Assembly (NCBI GenBank): GCA_002104905.1
Contig: MCFE01000224.1
Span: forward strand, 1-64,000
DNA from: Basidiobolus meristosporus CBS 931.73
Taxonomy: Eukaryota > Fungi > Basidiobolomycota
Direction: 5' to 3'
Length of the DNA stretch: 64,000 nt
The position numbers were made by a program, and so were the translations under genes. Every line of letters starts with the position of its first letter. Position 1 is the first letter of the stretch. Shown piece after piece: positions 10,975 through 23,450 of this stretch. The notes beneath the pieces are model-generated. The model saw only the letters and a program-made list of their open reading frames with translations, was not told the DNA's origin and ran no database searches.

Positions 10975-11860
10975 ATCCCACCATTAATGACCATAGAAGT
11001 CCTAGAAGCTTTGATTCCCAGCTAATGGCAATGGAGAACCATCTTGCAGAGGGTATGGATGACTTAGAGCAAGCTTGGAACACTAGGTTCAGAGCCTCAA
11101 TAGACTTCCATATCCCAGAGTGCTCAGCAACAGGTCCCATATCAGGAGTATTTTGGATACCTTCCTAGTAAGAATCAACAGTCCTTCCAGGGGCCAAGGC
11201 ACTTTTATACTGGCAAATACAAGGCACACTGTGTGAAGTTTCAAGCACTGCCTAACATTGAGCATAACATGATCTGGTTTAGTTGGCCATTTACTGGAAG
11301 TAGGCACAACAAAGCACACTGGGTAGAGAATCATCCAAAATTTGGTAGAGGTGAGAAATGTGTGCACACTTAGCTTATGTAGGACTGGATTGTCAGAGAT
11401 TTGGATATATTACAGCATATGGGAAGCCATAGAATGGAATGCTTGGCAGAAAGCAGAAGCTCTACAATAAGATATTTAATCATTTCAGAGTGAAAGTAAA
11501 GCATAAATCTGGATATCTAAAGAGATCCAGCATATTGGAAGGTAAACACAGGGGAAAGTCATATATACGAGAATACAGCAGAAGAGGCAAAGTAGTTAAG
11601 ATACGTATTAATACATAGTTTATTCAAACAAGAAGACATCCTCTGAGAGAAATGTGTCTGCAGCAATTTGATGAGTAAATAAAGCCAGAAAAGCATTGTT
11701 CAGAGCAATGTAAGTAAGATTGAGGAAGAATACAAGTAACTCTATCCTACCACTGGCACAATGGTAGAAACTAGAGTGCTAGATAGTGCTGTCAAGTGCC
11801 TGACCATTTTGGCGCTAAAACAGGCTGGTACTATATGGCACTATCCAACAGAGCAAGTCC
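10975..11860 (+). pseudogene. Old Pangu-like transposase and left TIR (other half of copy P2)
   Basis: Aligns to 57255-58148 with many stops; ends ATCCAACAGAGCAAGTCC. Confidence 0.8.
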
Positions 11861-13304
11861 AACATACTGTGCATTAATATATATCTTGAGAACTTTACCT
11901 ATTCTGCTGTTTTCTCCTATATATAACTTTCCTCTGTATTTACCTGCCAACATGCTGGATCTCCTTAGATATCCAGATGTATGCTTTACTTGCACACTGG
12001 AATGGTTAAATATCTTACTATAGAGCTTCTGCTTCCTGCTAAGCACACCATTCTTGGCTTCCTATGAGCTGTAATATATCTAAATCTCTGACAATACTGT
12101 CCAATATAAGTTAAGCTGGCACACATTTCTCCCCTCTACTGAATTCTGGATGGTTCTCTACCCAGCATGCTTTGGCATGCCTACTCCAGCAAATGATCTA
12201 CTAAACCAGATCATGTTACACTCAATGTTAGACAGTGCTTGAAACATCACATAATGTGCCTAGTGTGAGTACTAAATGCAGTACCCACTCTTTGCCCAAG
12301 AGTCCTCCCCAGAGTCCTACCCAAAGTCCCCCAGTATCCTCCCTATGATTCCCCCATGTGCTCTCCCTCCTATCCCTGCCCTTATCTAGTCAGAACACTT
12401 ACCATAACAGGAAGGTGCTCACACCCCTATTTTATAACACATTGTTTATTATCTAAACCCCCAAGTGATATATATATCTACCCAATTGAACTAAGTGAGA
12501 GGACAAGAGGATTTGGACAAAATAAGCACAAGTATTTATCACCTTGCTACCTTCTATTGGAAGCTATTCTGAGCCAATTGGTACTGACTTGACCTACAAG
12601 CTCTCCCACTCACCAAGTACAGTCAGTAATAACCCACACGTAGTATTTGCCAGAATAAAAGTACCTCTCCTTTGTAAGGTCTGTTAATTGTTACTAGGAA
12701 GGTATCAGAATACTCCTGATATGAAACCTATTGCTGAGCACTCTGGGATATGGAAGTCTATTGGAGCTTCTGAACCTAGTATTCTAAACTTGCTCTAAAT
12801 TATTCATACACTCTGCAAGGTGGTTCTCCATTGCTCTCAGCTGGGAATGAAAGCTTCCAGGACTTTTGTTGCCATGGATAGTGGGAGAAAGCCTTGTAGT
12901 GAAATAGCTCTTGTAACAGCAGAGAAGCTTAACCAGATATCTTATTGAGTGGATTGGGGTGGAAGGTCCACAGCACATAGCATATATCTCCTTTAATGTG
13001 TCAGAGGAAATCCAGTGATAGTGATGGGACTGATAAGAAAAGACCATTCAGAAGAGTAAGTCATATTAAGATTAATAAATGATTGACTTAGTGTGTGCAG
13101 ACTTGAATTGGTGTAATTGGCAATAGTTATCTGGTTCTCCATCCATTACAATTAAGTCCCCATCAGTTGCCATGTATCCATTCACTACATTCCAAATAAC
13201 CCTAATATCTATAATCAAATGCAAAATCTGTATATGTTGTAATTTGATCTGTGTCAATGCAATTGAAGATGCATCATGCTTAATATATGGAAAGCTTAGC
13301 AATC
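11861..13304 (-). pseudogene. Old Pangu-like transposase and upstream region (copy P1)
   Basis: Colinear with ~5617-6720 of the young copy; interrupted by a solo LTR. Confidence 0.8.
12264..12638. repeat. Solo LTR (375 bp)
   Basis: TGTG...CACA termini; flanking CCTAG/CGTAG (5-bp TSD, one mismatch); host transposase sequence is contiguous across it. Confidence 0.7.
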
Positions 13305-14110
13305 TGTTGTGTTGTGATATAATTAGTTTGAGGCTTGTTCTATCATTTAGAGACTAATCATCAATTTACAATACCTTCCAGTCTGCTAGTACTCAAATAG
13401 CATATTAGGAGTTTAATATACCAATAGAATATATAACTTTCACTGATAGCCTCAATCTGAGTCTCAAAAAATAATATAGGCAGTGTTTTTCAGTTCTACA
13501 GCTGTGCTCTGACCTTCTGACAATCTTAGGCTAATTTATATTACAACAACTTTCCTTTTTTGAAAGCCTCCTCCCTCTCTGAGAAAATGTTTCTTGATAT
13601 GGAAATTATGGACCCCCCTTTAATCTACAGGGGTGTATTGTAGGAGTCTCTAAAGGGGTTTATAGACATGAAGGGGTGTCTAAAGAGGTGTTCTTACAGT
13701 GGTCTTGCAAGTGGACTTTGCACTAAAGGGGTGCCTAAAGGGGCTTTTTTAAGTAAAGAGGCTTCCAAAAGGGGTCTCTGAGGTGGTCTTCAGACTGAAG
13801 GGGTGTAAAGATGGGTGTTTTAGAGGGGGCCTGTCCAGCAGAGAAGTAGTACTATTCTTGTAGAACTTAAATTGTGAGCTTTGCACCCTCTTTACCAATA
13901 CTGCACTAATCAAAGTTAGAATACTCAACAGTGCAAGTGATGCAGCAGAAGTCTTATAGCCTTTTAAGCTGGTAATTGTAGTGTGGAGATCCTGGAAAGA
14001 GTGGCTCTTGTTTGTTTTTCTGCTGGGGAAGTCATATATATATATATTCTGAGGGATCAAGTCTGTAGGCAATTGGACAAGCAATACACATGATATATAG
14101 TAAAAGTTTA
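13305..14110. repeat. 1.2-kb G-tract repeat family, copy 1 (truncated)
   Basis: Starts TGTTGTGTTG; homologous to 42743-44313 and 60630-61826; AAAGGGG array at ~13620-13830. Confidence 0.75.
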
Positions 14111-14214
14111 CCGTGATGTAGATCTTGAATGAGTTTTGGCCACATATAAGTAATATACTTTGTTCTATATTACTAAAGCTAAGTTGCCTCTAAGAGCTGT
14201 ATAAACCAGACTAA

Positions 14215-15027
14215 TCAAGGTGCAAGATGTATGACTGCCAAATGCTTCAGTAGTGATCCTTGTGGAAACAAACCTTGGTGAGGATGATGCAATTGTCTTG
14301 AACTACTGTCATTTGCCATGTTCCACAATGCATTTTTTCTGCAATATGAATCAAGCTATTGAAAACCAGTAATCACTAAATTTCTGATAAAAGTAATATC
14401 AAGGTTGTTTCACATCTGAGACAGTGCCCTTGTAAATAAACACCCTGCATACTTATATCTTCATTTGTTATACTGGTGCAGCTATTTAATCTGTTTTGAG
14501 CCCACCCAATTGGTCACATACTAGATATGATAACTCATCCAATCAATAAAATCAGGGATATAATTGCTTAATGTGCACAATAGGTTATTTGATGGCTAAT
14601 TGTGTAGGTGGTTTATTGGCCAACAATCTAATTGAGGGCTCCTGGTTTCAGAATATTCCAAGATTAATCAACCACTGATTTACTATCTTTTTGGGATGAT
14701 AGTAGCAAAAATGGTAAATATTAGTTTAATTTGTAGTGTAATATGCATCTATTTCCAATTACAGTAAAGAAGCAAACCATATTCTGGATATACCTACCAC
14801 AACAGTGGTATCCAATTGCACATATGATGCAAATATTACAAGTTGCCACAATGATCCATACTAGCCACATTGTGTTGTATTATGCCATAGTGTACAACAT
14901 TGCCCAACATAGTGCCAAATTATCTAAGAGCAATCTTGCCTACTGGCTGATACAGCATTGTGCCTTATTACTCTTAATGACTTAGGATTGCACTGCACAC
15001 CCTGACACAGTATGACAGAATAAGTCT
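14215..15027 (+). mobile_element. Right end of old Pangu-like copy P1
   Basis: Aligns to ~7995-8789; ends GACAGAATAAGTCT (degenerate TIR); CpGs lost. Confidence 0.75.
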
Positions 15028-15860
15028 TTGGTATAAGCTAATTCTGCCATATACTGCACCTCTCTGCTGAGTCTGGGATAATTCTCTATCCTGTGTACTT
15101 TATCATGCTTAATTACATCAACTGGCTCACTAAATCAGATGTTGTTACCCTCAATGCAAAGAGTGTGTAAGACTTCATGCTGTGCGCGTTGTTTTTGCTA
15201 GAAAAGAAGCTCATCTACTGTTTGAAGATCTATTTATCATCACTAGGAAGGTATCCAAGATACTCCCACTACAGAACCTATTATTGCACACTCTGGAATA
15301 TGAAAGTCAATTGAAGCTTCTAATCCCAGTATTTAAGCTTGCTTTAAATGAGTCATTCCCTTTGCAAGATGGTGCTCCATTGCAGCCAGCCAAAAATGAA
15401 ACCTTCTAAGATTTTTGTTGCCATGGATGGTAGTATAAACTTTGTAGGGCAATAGTTCTGGTAAAAGCCAAGAAGCTTGGCAAGTGATCTTTATGAGTAT
15501 ATTGGGGTAGTGCATCCAGATTACTTGGTGTAGATCTCCTCTAATGTGTCAAAGGAAATCTAGTTGTGGTTATGGGATTTATGAGAAGGGACTACTCAGA
15601 GGAATATGTCATGTTAAGATTGATCAGTGAGGAGTAGCACCATATTGCCATAATCAGCTTGTTTTATCTGATTTCCAATACATTATGAACATATATCCAT
15701 ACATTGAAATGCATCCTATGATTATGTTGCAAAAGTTATTCATAAACAATGACTTGGAATTTGTATTGATGAATCACTTGCAAGTCAATGATCATCTAAG
15801 AAATCTGCAACTGAAGTTATCTGATTTGCATCAGCTCAATACTTCAGAATGGTATGCATG
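15028..15860 (-). pseudogene. Oldest Pangu-like transposase relic (P0)
   Basis: Aligns to ~5865-6700 with heavy decay. Confidence 0.7.
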
Positions 15861-15899
15861 ATATAACAATGGTACTATTTCTAGTGCCAACAATCCTGA

Positions 15900-16500
15900 G
15901 GCTTGGTGAGACACTTATTAGACAGGCTTCATGCCTACATTATGTATCAGAAACAGTGGGAGGAGATATAGGTACAAATATCCAAACATGGAATTTCTGC
16001 CACCATTGAGAAAAGTGCTACTGGAGATCCTGACCAAAGTACATGCATATAATCACTATAAACACTGTGGAGAGTATATGAGATACTATTGAGGAATGTA
16101 CTATTTGCCCTATGCTGGTACCTATTTCACTAGGAATTAAGTGATTGCCAATCATATATGCAAACATGGATCAGATGTTGATCTTGCTATCATGATCAGA
16201 TCAACTTACATGCAGGTCCTTGCTATGGGCCACACTGCAGTAAGTAATAGCAATGCATTAGTCCAGAAGAAGAAACATTTGATCAACTGGTGACAACCAA
16301 GGCTACCATAATACTGACAAGTTGTTGGCTCTAACAGATGATATATGGTGTATACAAGGGAAGTTATTATCCACAGCCAGTTATGGATATACCAAGAATA
16401 GTCCAAGTGAAATGGACTATATACCAGAACTGTGGATGATTGAAATCTCATGGTAAGAAACTATATCATAACTTCATAGACCAATAATGCTCAAATAAAT
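15900..16500 (+). pseudogene. Possible reverse-transcriptase relic, class unclear
   Basis: Frame-hopping motifs DCQSYMQ, QVLAMG and LTDD occur in RT order and spacing; very degenerate. Confidence 0.3.
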
Positions 16501-16831
16501 AGGCAGCAGAAAGCCTAAAAGCATAGCAACCTAATGGTGGACAGAGTAAATGGATATAATTGGTATCTGAAACGTTTTACCCCAATCAAGTGGATGATAC
16601 TCATTCATAGATATTTTGTGATGAGATCAGAATTCAGGCTCATAGTAATTTGATCTGAAGTATGCAATCAATAGTATAGGCTTATACTTAGTTATCACAG
16701 GTAATATGCAATCCCTAACATACATTGCACAATATATTAGTCCAATAGGTTTGATGGTTATTTGCAGGTTTAGTTTCAACTGGAAGATACACTACATCAC
16801 AGAGAGTTCATAAGGATATGAATATATTACA

Positions 16832-17189
16832 GGAGTGGGAGTATTGAAATAACTAGGAGTCCATCTAATTATTAGTCTATTATGACCTAGCACTTAGGTA
16901 AGTGACATATTTCAGAATATCAACTTAGAAATTAGTTTGAAGATATTTGCTAACTATTAGAAATTAGTGAAGTACAGAATTATAGGAAAATTTGAAGCTT
17001 GTCCAAATGAGCTGAAACTAGGCACATGTACTCCTGAGACTTCCCTAATAGTGAGGTGATAGTTGCATATACATAGTTTTGCAATAAGTATAAATACTAT
17101 GTTGCAACTCAATAAATCAATAAGTGAATATCATATATATCTTCTGATTCTCCATTTCACTTCTAACATATCTCTTTAATATTTCAACA
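16832..17189 (+). repeat. PPT (GGAGTGGGAG) followed by a ~348-bp LTR
   Basis: PPT abuts TATTGAAAT (TG mutated to TA); TATAAATA and AATAAA inside; ends TTTCAACA. Confidence 0.6.
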
Positions 17190-18290
17190 TCTTTTGGTGT
17201 CAGAGCAGAAAGCTGATGGTAGTGGCACTGGTAGCTGTGCCCAACTTGCCATCAACCTGGATAGCTACAGTATCCATTGTTGAATAAATTCTGTTTGCTC
17301 TTCAGTGAGATACAACTAAATGACCAACATATCAAGCATGTAATACTATTGGCTTTGGAGCTACTCCAGCCATCAGCAAGTTAGCTGGCTTTTCTAGTTA
17401 CAACAAACTGTATTGCTGTTGAATATGTGAGATCCAGGGAATATATTCAATAACCTATATGCGTTATTAGTATACACACATCAACACTAAGAACATCAGC
17501 TTTGCACAGAGAAAATCAACAGTAGTCAGCATGTAATTGCAGCAAAGTTAGCCAGCTACTGGCCGTTGAGCAGAATATGGAATCATTGGCAATTGGAAAT
17601 ACTTCAGATAGAGGATATCTGTTGGAGTAAAAGCTTTCTGCTGGGAGAAATGCATATCCTTTTTAACAAAATAAAAGTACCTAAAGTACTTCACACAGGC
17701 TCCAAGCAATATTTGTACACACATGTAACTTCACAAATGCAAGGACTGGATAAGCTTAATATGAATCAGTTTAAGTTACCTTCTGAAGCCATTTCTACCA
17801 ATAGTGCAGTAGTGGTATTTGCAGTCATTTGTTGATGTTGTAGGAAATTTTATCCAGAAGCAGATCACCAATGACAGTTTGCACATCTGCATTGTTTATG
17901 CAAAACATTTGCAACCCGATTTGAGTGGCTACACTACAAGCACAAAGCTGAATGCATAGATCTCTTCCCACACTGTATCCATTCTTTACTCCCTCTTTCA
18001 TTGTGTATTGAGAATATTTAGCCTTGCTTCCCAATGCAGGAGTTCCTATGGAGCATGCTTGTGGGGAAATAAGACAATTCAAGTTGCAGGTACTATCACA
18101 TCACAACCTCATCGAGAATATTACCTTCAAGTTCAGCATGGGTGTGATAGGTGGGCACATGGAGGACAACCCGGAAGAGTGGAGAATATTAAGGACAGAT
18201 GTGCACATGGAGACACCTATGCCTTTAGCATTGAGAAGCTAAGCAGCCCCAATGCATGCGCAACAGGGTAAGTCATGTATGGTTGAGTTG
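17190..18290 (+). pseudogene. CACTA Tnp2 fragment
   Basis: LMVV..GP..NLDSY and EFPMEHACGEIRQ; homologous to ~49200-50400. Confidence 0.75.
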
Positions 18291-18763
18291 GAAACAACAT
18301 GTAATGGTTGAACTATTGGATGGTTTGGTTTCATCAAGCAGCTAAAAATTTATTTAGCAATTCTGGACTAGTCTTGGTCACTGTGGAACTAACTTACAGC
18401 ACTAATTTGCCACTTTCTTCAGATCTATGATCCTAAAATTACTCCCCTGTAATTAAGACCAAGTTAGCACTTTTAGCAAACATTATGTATTAACCCTGAA
18501 GCTGTTATAGAATGCTCCTGAGTCTTGAGAAGCTCTCCTGACTAGGTGTTATAGTTGTATTACTTCTATAACGGTATAAGTATTGAACTTCCTTATGAAT
18601 AAGCAACAGTACAACTATTATAACTTTCTTTACACAAGCTCAGGATATCCAAATTACTTCTTAAATTGTAACAGGTTAGGTGCATCAATTGCTTAGGGAA
18701 TTTGGAATTTAGTAACGGAAAGAGAAGTGGAGCTTAAAGAAACAGCAGAAAAAGTGGAGAGGT

Positions 18764-19132
18764 TGTTGCAATTTAAGAAGTGATTTGGATATAAGGAACT
18801 TATCAAGAAATAGTGATAATAGTTGAACTGTTGTTTATTCACAAAGAAGCTCAGTATTTATACCTTTGTAGAAGTAATACAGCTGCAACACTAAGTAGGG
18901 AGGGTTTCTCAATATTCAGGAGCATTCTGTAACAGTTTCAGGGTTAGTACATAATGTTTAGTAATAGTGCTAATTTGATCCTGACTATAGGGGAATAATC
19001 ATAAGATCATATATCTGGAGAAAGTGGCAAAGTTAAGGCAGTAAATGAGTCCTACAGTGACTAAGACTAGCCTAGAATTGTTAAGTAAATTTTTAGCTGC
19101 TGAATGATACCAAATAGTCCAATATTTCAACT
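18764..19132 (-). repeat. 3' LTR of the young copia
   Basis: Identical to the 5' LTR except the terminal base; PPT GAGGGGGAG at 19133-19141. Confidence 0.95.
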
Positions 19133-22100
19133 CTCCCCCTCAACTAAATAATTTCTTAATCCCATTTTCTCTCTAAGGATCTCAAACTGTGGCCTAGCTA
19201 GTGGTTTTGTCAATATGTCTGCCACCATTTTGTCAGTTGGGCAGTAAACCAGCTCTACTAAGTTATTTTCTACAGCTTCCCTCACAAAGTGATGCTGTAT
19301 ATCAATGTGCTTAGTTCTGGCATGATTAGTAGGATTTCTAGCTAATGAAATACAACTCTGATTATCCTTGTAAATACATGTTGGTTCACCTGAATTAAAA
19401 CCTAAGTCTTTGAATAATTTTTGTAGCCATATAGCCTCCTTAGTTGCTTGACATGCAGCCATATATTTGGCTTCAGTTGTAGATAGTGCCACAGTTGGTT
19501 GTTTCTTGCAATTCCAAGTAATAGCTACACCAGCATAAAGAAATACATAGCCTGTGGTAGAGCGTCTGTCAATCAAATCTCTACCCCAATCTGAATCACT
19601 ATAACCATCAAATTTTTGCCTATTAGCTGCTCCAGAGTATTCCAGTACCATATTTATGGTACCTTGTAGATATCTGAAAATCCGCTTAATTGCTGCAATT
19701 TGATCTGATCCATAATTCTGCATGAATTGACTGACTATTCCAACTGCTACTGCAACATCTGGACCTGTAGACACCATCAAGTACATTAGGCTACCGACCA
19801 TTGATTGATAGGGAAAGTTTTGGTCCATATTTGAGCTGTTTTCATCTATAACTGGCTGAGATTTGCTTAATTTCAGGTTATTGTCCATAGGGGTTGCTGC
19901 AGGTTTGCAATTTTCCATTTTGAAGCGTCTAAGAATGTCCCTGATGTACTTAGACTGATTCAGCACAATTTTCTGCGTAGGTATGTCAAATTTGACCTCA
20001 ATTCCAAGAAAATAGCTCAATTTTTCCAAGATCTTACATCTCAAACTTGCTGAAGAGATCTGATTTCGTCTGTTTAAGTGCCTCTTGATCACTTGTAGCT
20101 ATAATTAGGTCGTCCACATAAAGAACTAGGATGATCACACCCTTTTTGAGCTGTTTCACATATATACTGTGATCTGCAGTGCTACGAGAGAACCCAATTT
20201 CCTCTAGATATGTGTCAATCTTGTTATACCATGCTCTGGGTGCCTGCTTAAGCCCATACAACAATTTTCTAAGTTTGCACACCTTATGGGGGCTTTTTGG
20301 ATCGGTAAAACCTTCTGGTTGCTCCATATATATAGTTTCTTGCAAATCCCCATTGAGAAAGGCTGTTTTGACGTCCATTTGGTGTAGATCTAGGCTGTGT
20401 ACAGCTGCCAGGGCTAGAACTGTCCTAATAGAGTTAAACTTGGCAACCGGAGCAAATGTTTCCTTAAAGTCTAGTCCCTGGATCTGGGAATAGCCTTTAG
20501 CTACCAATTTAGCCTTGTACTTATCAACGGCACCATTTGAGGTTATCTTGATCTTGTAGACCTATCTACATCCTATTGGCTTTCTCCCATTTGCTAAATC
20601 TACCAGTTCCCACGTTTTTGCCTTGATCAGTGATTGGTACTCCTCCTGCATGGCTTGTTGCCACTTAGTAGCATCTGGACCTTGCATTGCCTGTTCCAGA
20701 TTCTGAGGTTTGGCACATAAGGCAAGATAAGCTTCTTCATGATCATTGGATGTCTGCCACCAGGATCCAGGGGCATTTCTTATTCTGGTAGATCTCCTAA
20801 CTGGGATAATCTGTTCTGATCTGGAACTGGTAGAAGTATCTTCCATCTCTGGCTGGATTTGGTACGTATCTTCTTCATTTGTGTTGATTGCATCATCAGG
20901 CAGCTGGCCAATGATTTCTGTGGCTTTCTGATCTGAATTCTCCTCAAATACAACGTCCCTGCTCTTGATCAGCTTCTGAATTTTGCCATCATACACTCTA
21001 TACCCTTTAGTATCTTCACAATACCCAAGAAAGATCCCTTTTCTACTCTTTGGTTCCAACTTTGAGCGTTTTTTGTCAGGGATGTGATAAAAAACATCAC
21101 TGCCAAAGATCCTGAGGTGCTGGAGATCTGGTTTTTTGCCTGTATATGCTTCAAAGGGTGTAGAATCACGTAGTGCTGTTGTTGGGCATCTGTTCTTGAT
21201 GTATACAGCGGTAGCAACAGATTCAGCCCAAAACCTGTAGTCCATTCCCTTATCATGTGGCATAGATCTTCCCATCTCTACTATTGTTCTAATTGCACGT
21301 TCTGCTACTCCATTTTGCTGTGGAGTATGAGGAACTGTGGTCTGTTGAAGTATACCAGTAGACAAGCAGTATTTTGCAAACTCCTTTGAGCAGTATTCTC
21401 CTCCATTGTCACTTTGTAGTACCTTCAATTTTCACCCAGTTTGTGTTTCTGCCATGTTCTTGAAGTGCTTAAACATCTCTAAAGCTTCATCCTTTGTTTT
21501 GAGGAAGTACACCCATGTATATCTTGTCTTGTCATCAATAAAAGTCATAAAGTATCTCTTGGCTCCAAAGGACAGTGTTCTCATGGGGCCACATATGTCT
21601 GAGTGTACAATAGCCAATATTTCGGTGGTATTGATGCCTTCTGAGCTCTTGAAACGTTGCCTAGCTTGTTTGCCATATGAACATCCCTTACAAACAATCA
21701 ATTTGATCGGAATTGAGTATTTTAGGCCCAAAACAAGCTGATTTTTCACCAATTGGCTCATTTTCTGTTCCCCTATGTGTCCTAGCCTCCTATGCCACGT
21801 CTCCCAGTTGGTTTCATCAGTTTCAGCAATGTTGACATACTCAGGTACAATGATCTTGCATTGTAACTTGTATATATTGTGATCTCTGATTCCCAAAGCT
21901 AATTTTTGTCCATTTTCACTCAATATTGAGCAGCTCAGCTTAGTAAAAACAAATTTCAGTCCGTGAGTAGTTGCTTTACTGACTGAGAGTAGGTTCTTAG
22001 CTATTCCAGGTACATAGAGTACGTCAGTCAGTTTTGCTGTTGTTGCCCCTGAGTCATCACTCATATTTAGTTGTATGGACCCACTGGCGGTAGCTTCCAA

Positions 22101-23045
22101 TGCAGAGTTATCTCCCAGATAAACCTTTCTTACGGGAATAGTCTTTAAGTTGCTGAACCAATCCTTTATACCACAAATATGCTGTGATGCTCCAGAGTCA
22201 ATATACCATTCATTACTTTGATTACTTGCACTCTCTTGTACAGTGACAAATAGCTGTTCATCAGTAGTTATATGGTTTGCCTGCTCTAGTTTCTGTTTTT
22301 TGTCTGCTTGTTTCTTCTTGCATTCTCTTGCCCAGTGTCCTGGCTTCTTACAGTAGTTACAGCAGCCAGATTTTCTTCGGTTTTGTTGCTTTCCCTTCTT
22401 TTCTGTATGCCTTTCTCAACTGAATAAAGCATTATCTTCAATTTTCTCTGCTTGGTCATTACATCTGAGTTCTTCATGGAGAAGTCTTCCTTTGACATAG
22501 TCTAAAGTCAAGTTGTCTTCTCTGCTTTCAAAAGAAAGTATGAGTGGCTCATACTCGTCTGGTAGGCTGCAAAGCAGACAGAGTATCTTTTCTTCATCAT
22601 CTACACCAGCATTAATACTGTAAAGTTCTTCTGCAAGTGTCTCCATTCTGGTAATGAGTTGTAGCATGTCATCATCTGGCTTTTTTCTCATGTTGAAGAA
22701 CTTTCGTTTCAAATGAAGCTTGCTTGATACTGACTTTGCTCTAAAGATCCTCTCCAAGGATTCCCATGCTGCTTTGGCAGTATTTGAGGCATGGATTTGT
22801 CCAATGAAGGAGTCTTGCACATTGATGCATATTGCATTGAAGGCCTTTCTCTCCTTCCCTTGAAACTTCTCCAAATCTTCTGCTGTTCCTTTGGGCTCAA
22901 CTTCCTTTCCTGTTACTATGTTCCAAAGCTTTCTTTCCTCAAGGTGGATCTGCATCTTGATTCTCCAAAGTCTGTAGTTCTTCCCATCAAACCTCTCCTT
23001 TACAGGGAAGATGTTGGTATTGCTTTGTTTGCTGGTAGAAGTCAT
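19127..23045 (-). pseudogene. gag-pol: copia gag-pol with four in-frame stops (22416, 21432, 20562, 20034) and a +1 frameshift (~20020)
   Basis: CNYCKKPGHWAREC knuckle, WYIDSGA protease, WHRRLGH..CKGC, VHSDICGP, SDNGGEY, QQNGVAER, LYVDD and SDWG..DRRSTTGY motifs. Confidence 0.95.
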
Positions 23046-23069
23046 CTTTAGAATAGATTAAGGCAATCG

Positions 23070-23081
23070 GGGCTCATAGCC
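23070..23081 (-). promoter_or_regulatory. Primer-binding site GGCTATGAGCCC, complementary to the anticodon arm of initiator tRNA-Met
   Basis: Abuts the 5' LTR; 11/12 match to the GGGCUCAUAACC arm of yeast-type tRNA-iMet (tRNA sequence from memory). Confidence 0.75.
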
Positions 23082-23450
23082 TGTTGCAATTTAAGAAGTG
23101 ATTTGGATATAAGGAACTTATCAAGAAATAGTGATAATAGTTGAACTGTTGTTTATTCACAAAGAAGCTCAGTATTTATACCTTTGTAGAAGTAATACAG
23201 CTGCAACACTAAGTAGGGAGGGTTTCTCAATATTCAGGAGCATTCTGTAACAGTTTCAGGGTTAGTACATAATGTTTAGTAATAGTGCTAATTTGATCCT
23301 GACTATAGGGGAATAATCATAAGATCATATATCTGGAGAAAGTGGCAAAGTTAAGGCAGTAAATGAGTCCTACAGTGACTAAGACTAGCCTAGAATTGTT
23401 AAGTAAATTTTTAGCTGCTGAATGATACCAAATAGTCCAATATTTCAACA
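23082..23450 (-). repeat. 5' LTR of the young copia
   Basis: TGTTGAAA...TTGCAACA on the minus strand; contains no CpG. Confidence 0.95.

Larger units (their letters stand above)
18764..23450 (-). mobile_element. Full-length Ty1/copia LTR retrotransposon (family 1), 4687 bp
   Basis: 369-bp LTRs at 18764-19132 and 23082-23450; GAGGT TSD at 18759-18763 and 23451-23455; gag-PR-INT-RT-RH order. Confidence 0.97.

Noticed and set aside
17195-17206. TGGTGTCAGAGC after an LTR, resembling a canonical tRNA-iMet PBS and suggesting tandem elements
   Set aside because: The sequence aligns to CACTA Tnp2 (CATCTTATGGTATCAGATC at ~49203) and continues as Tnp2, so the resemblance is coincidental.
19127-23045. 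Programmed readthrough, A-to-I editing or an alternative genetic code explaining the copia stops
   Set aside because: All three stop types plus a frameshift occur, and accompanying missense changes follow a CpG-decay pattern.
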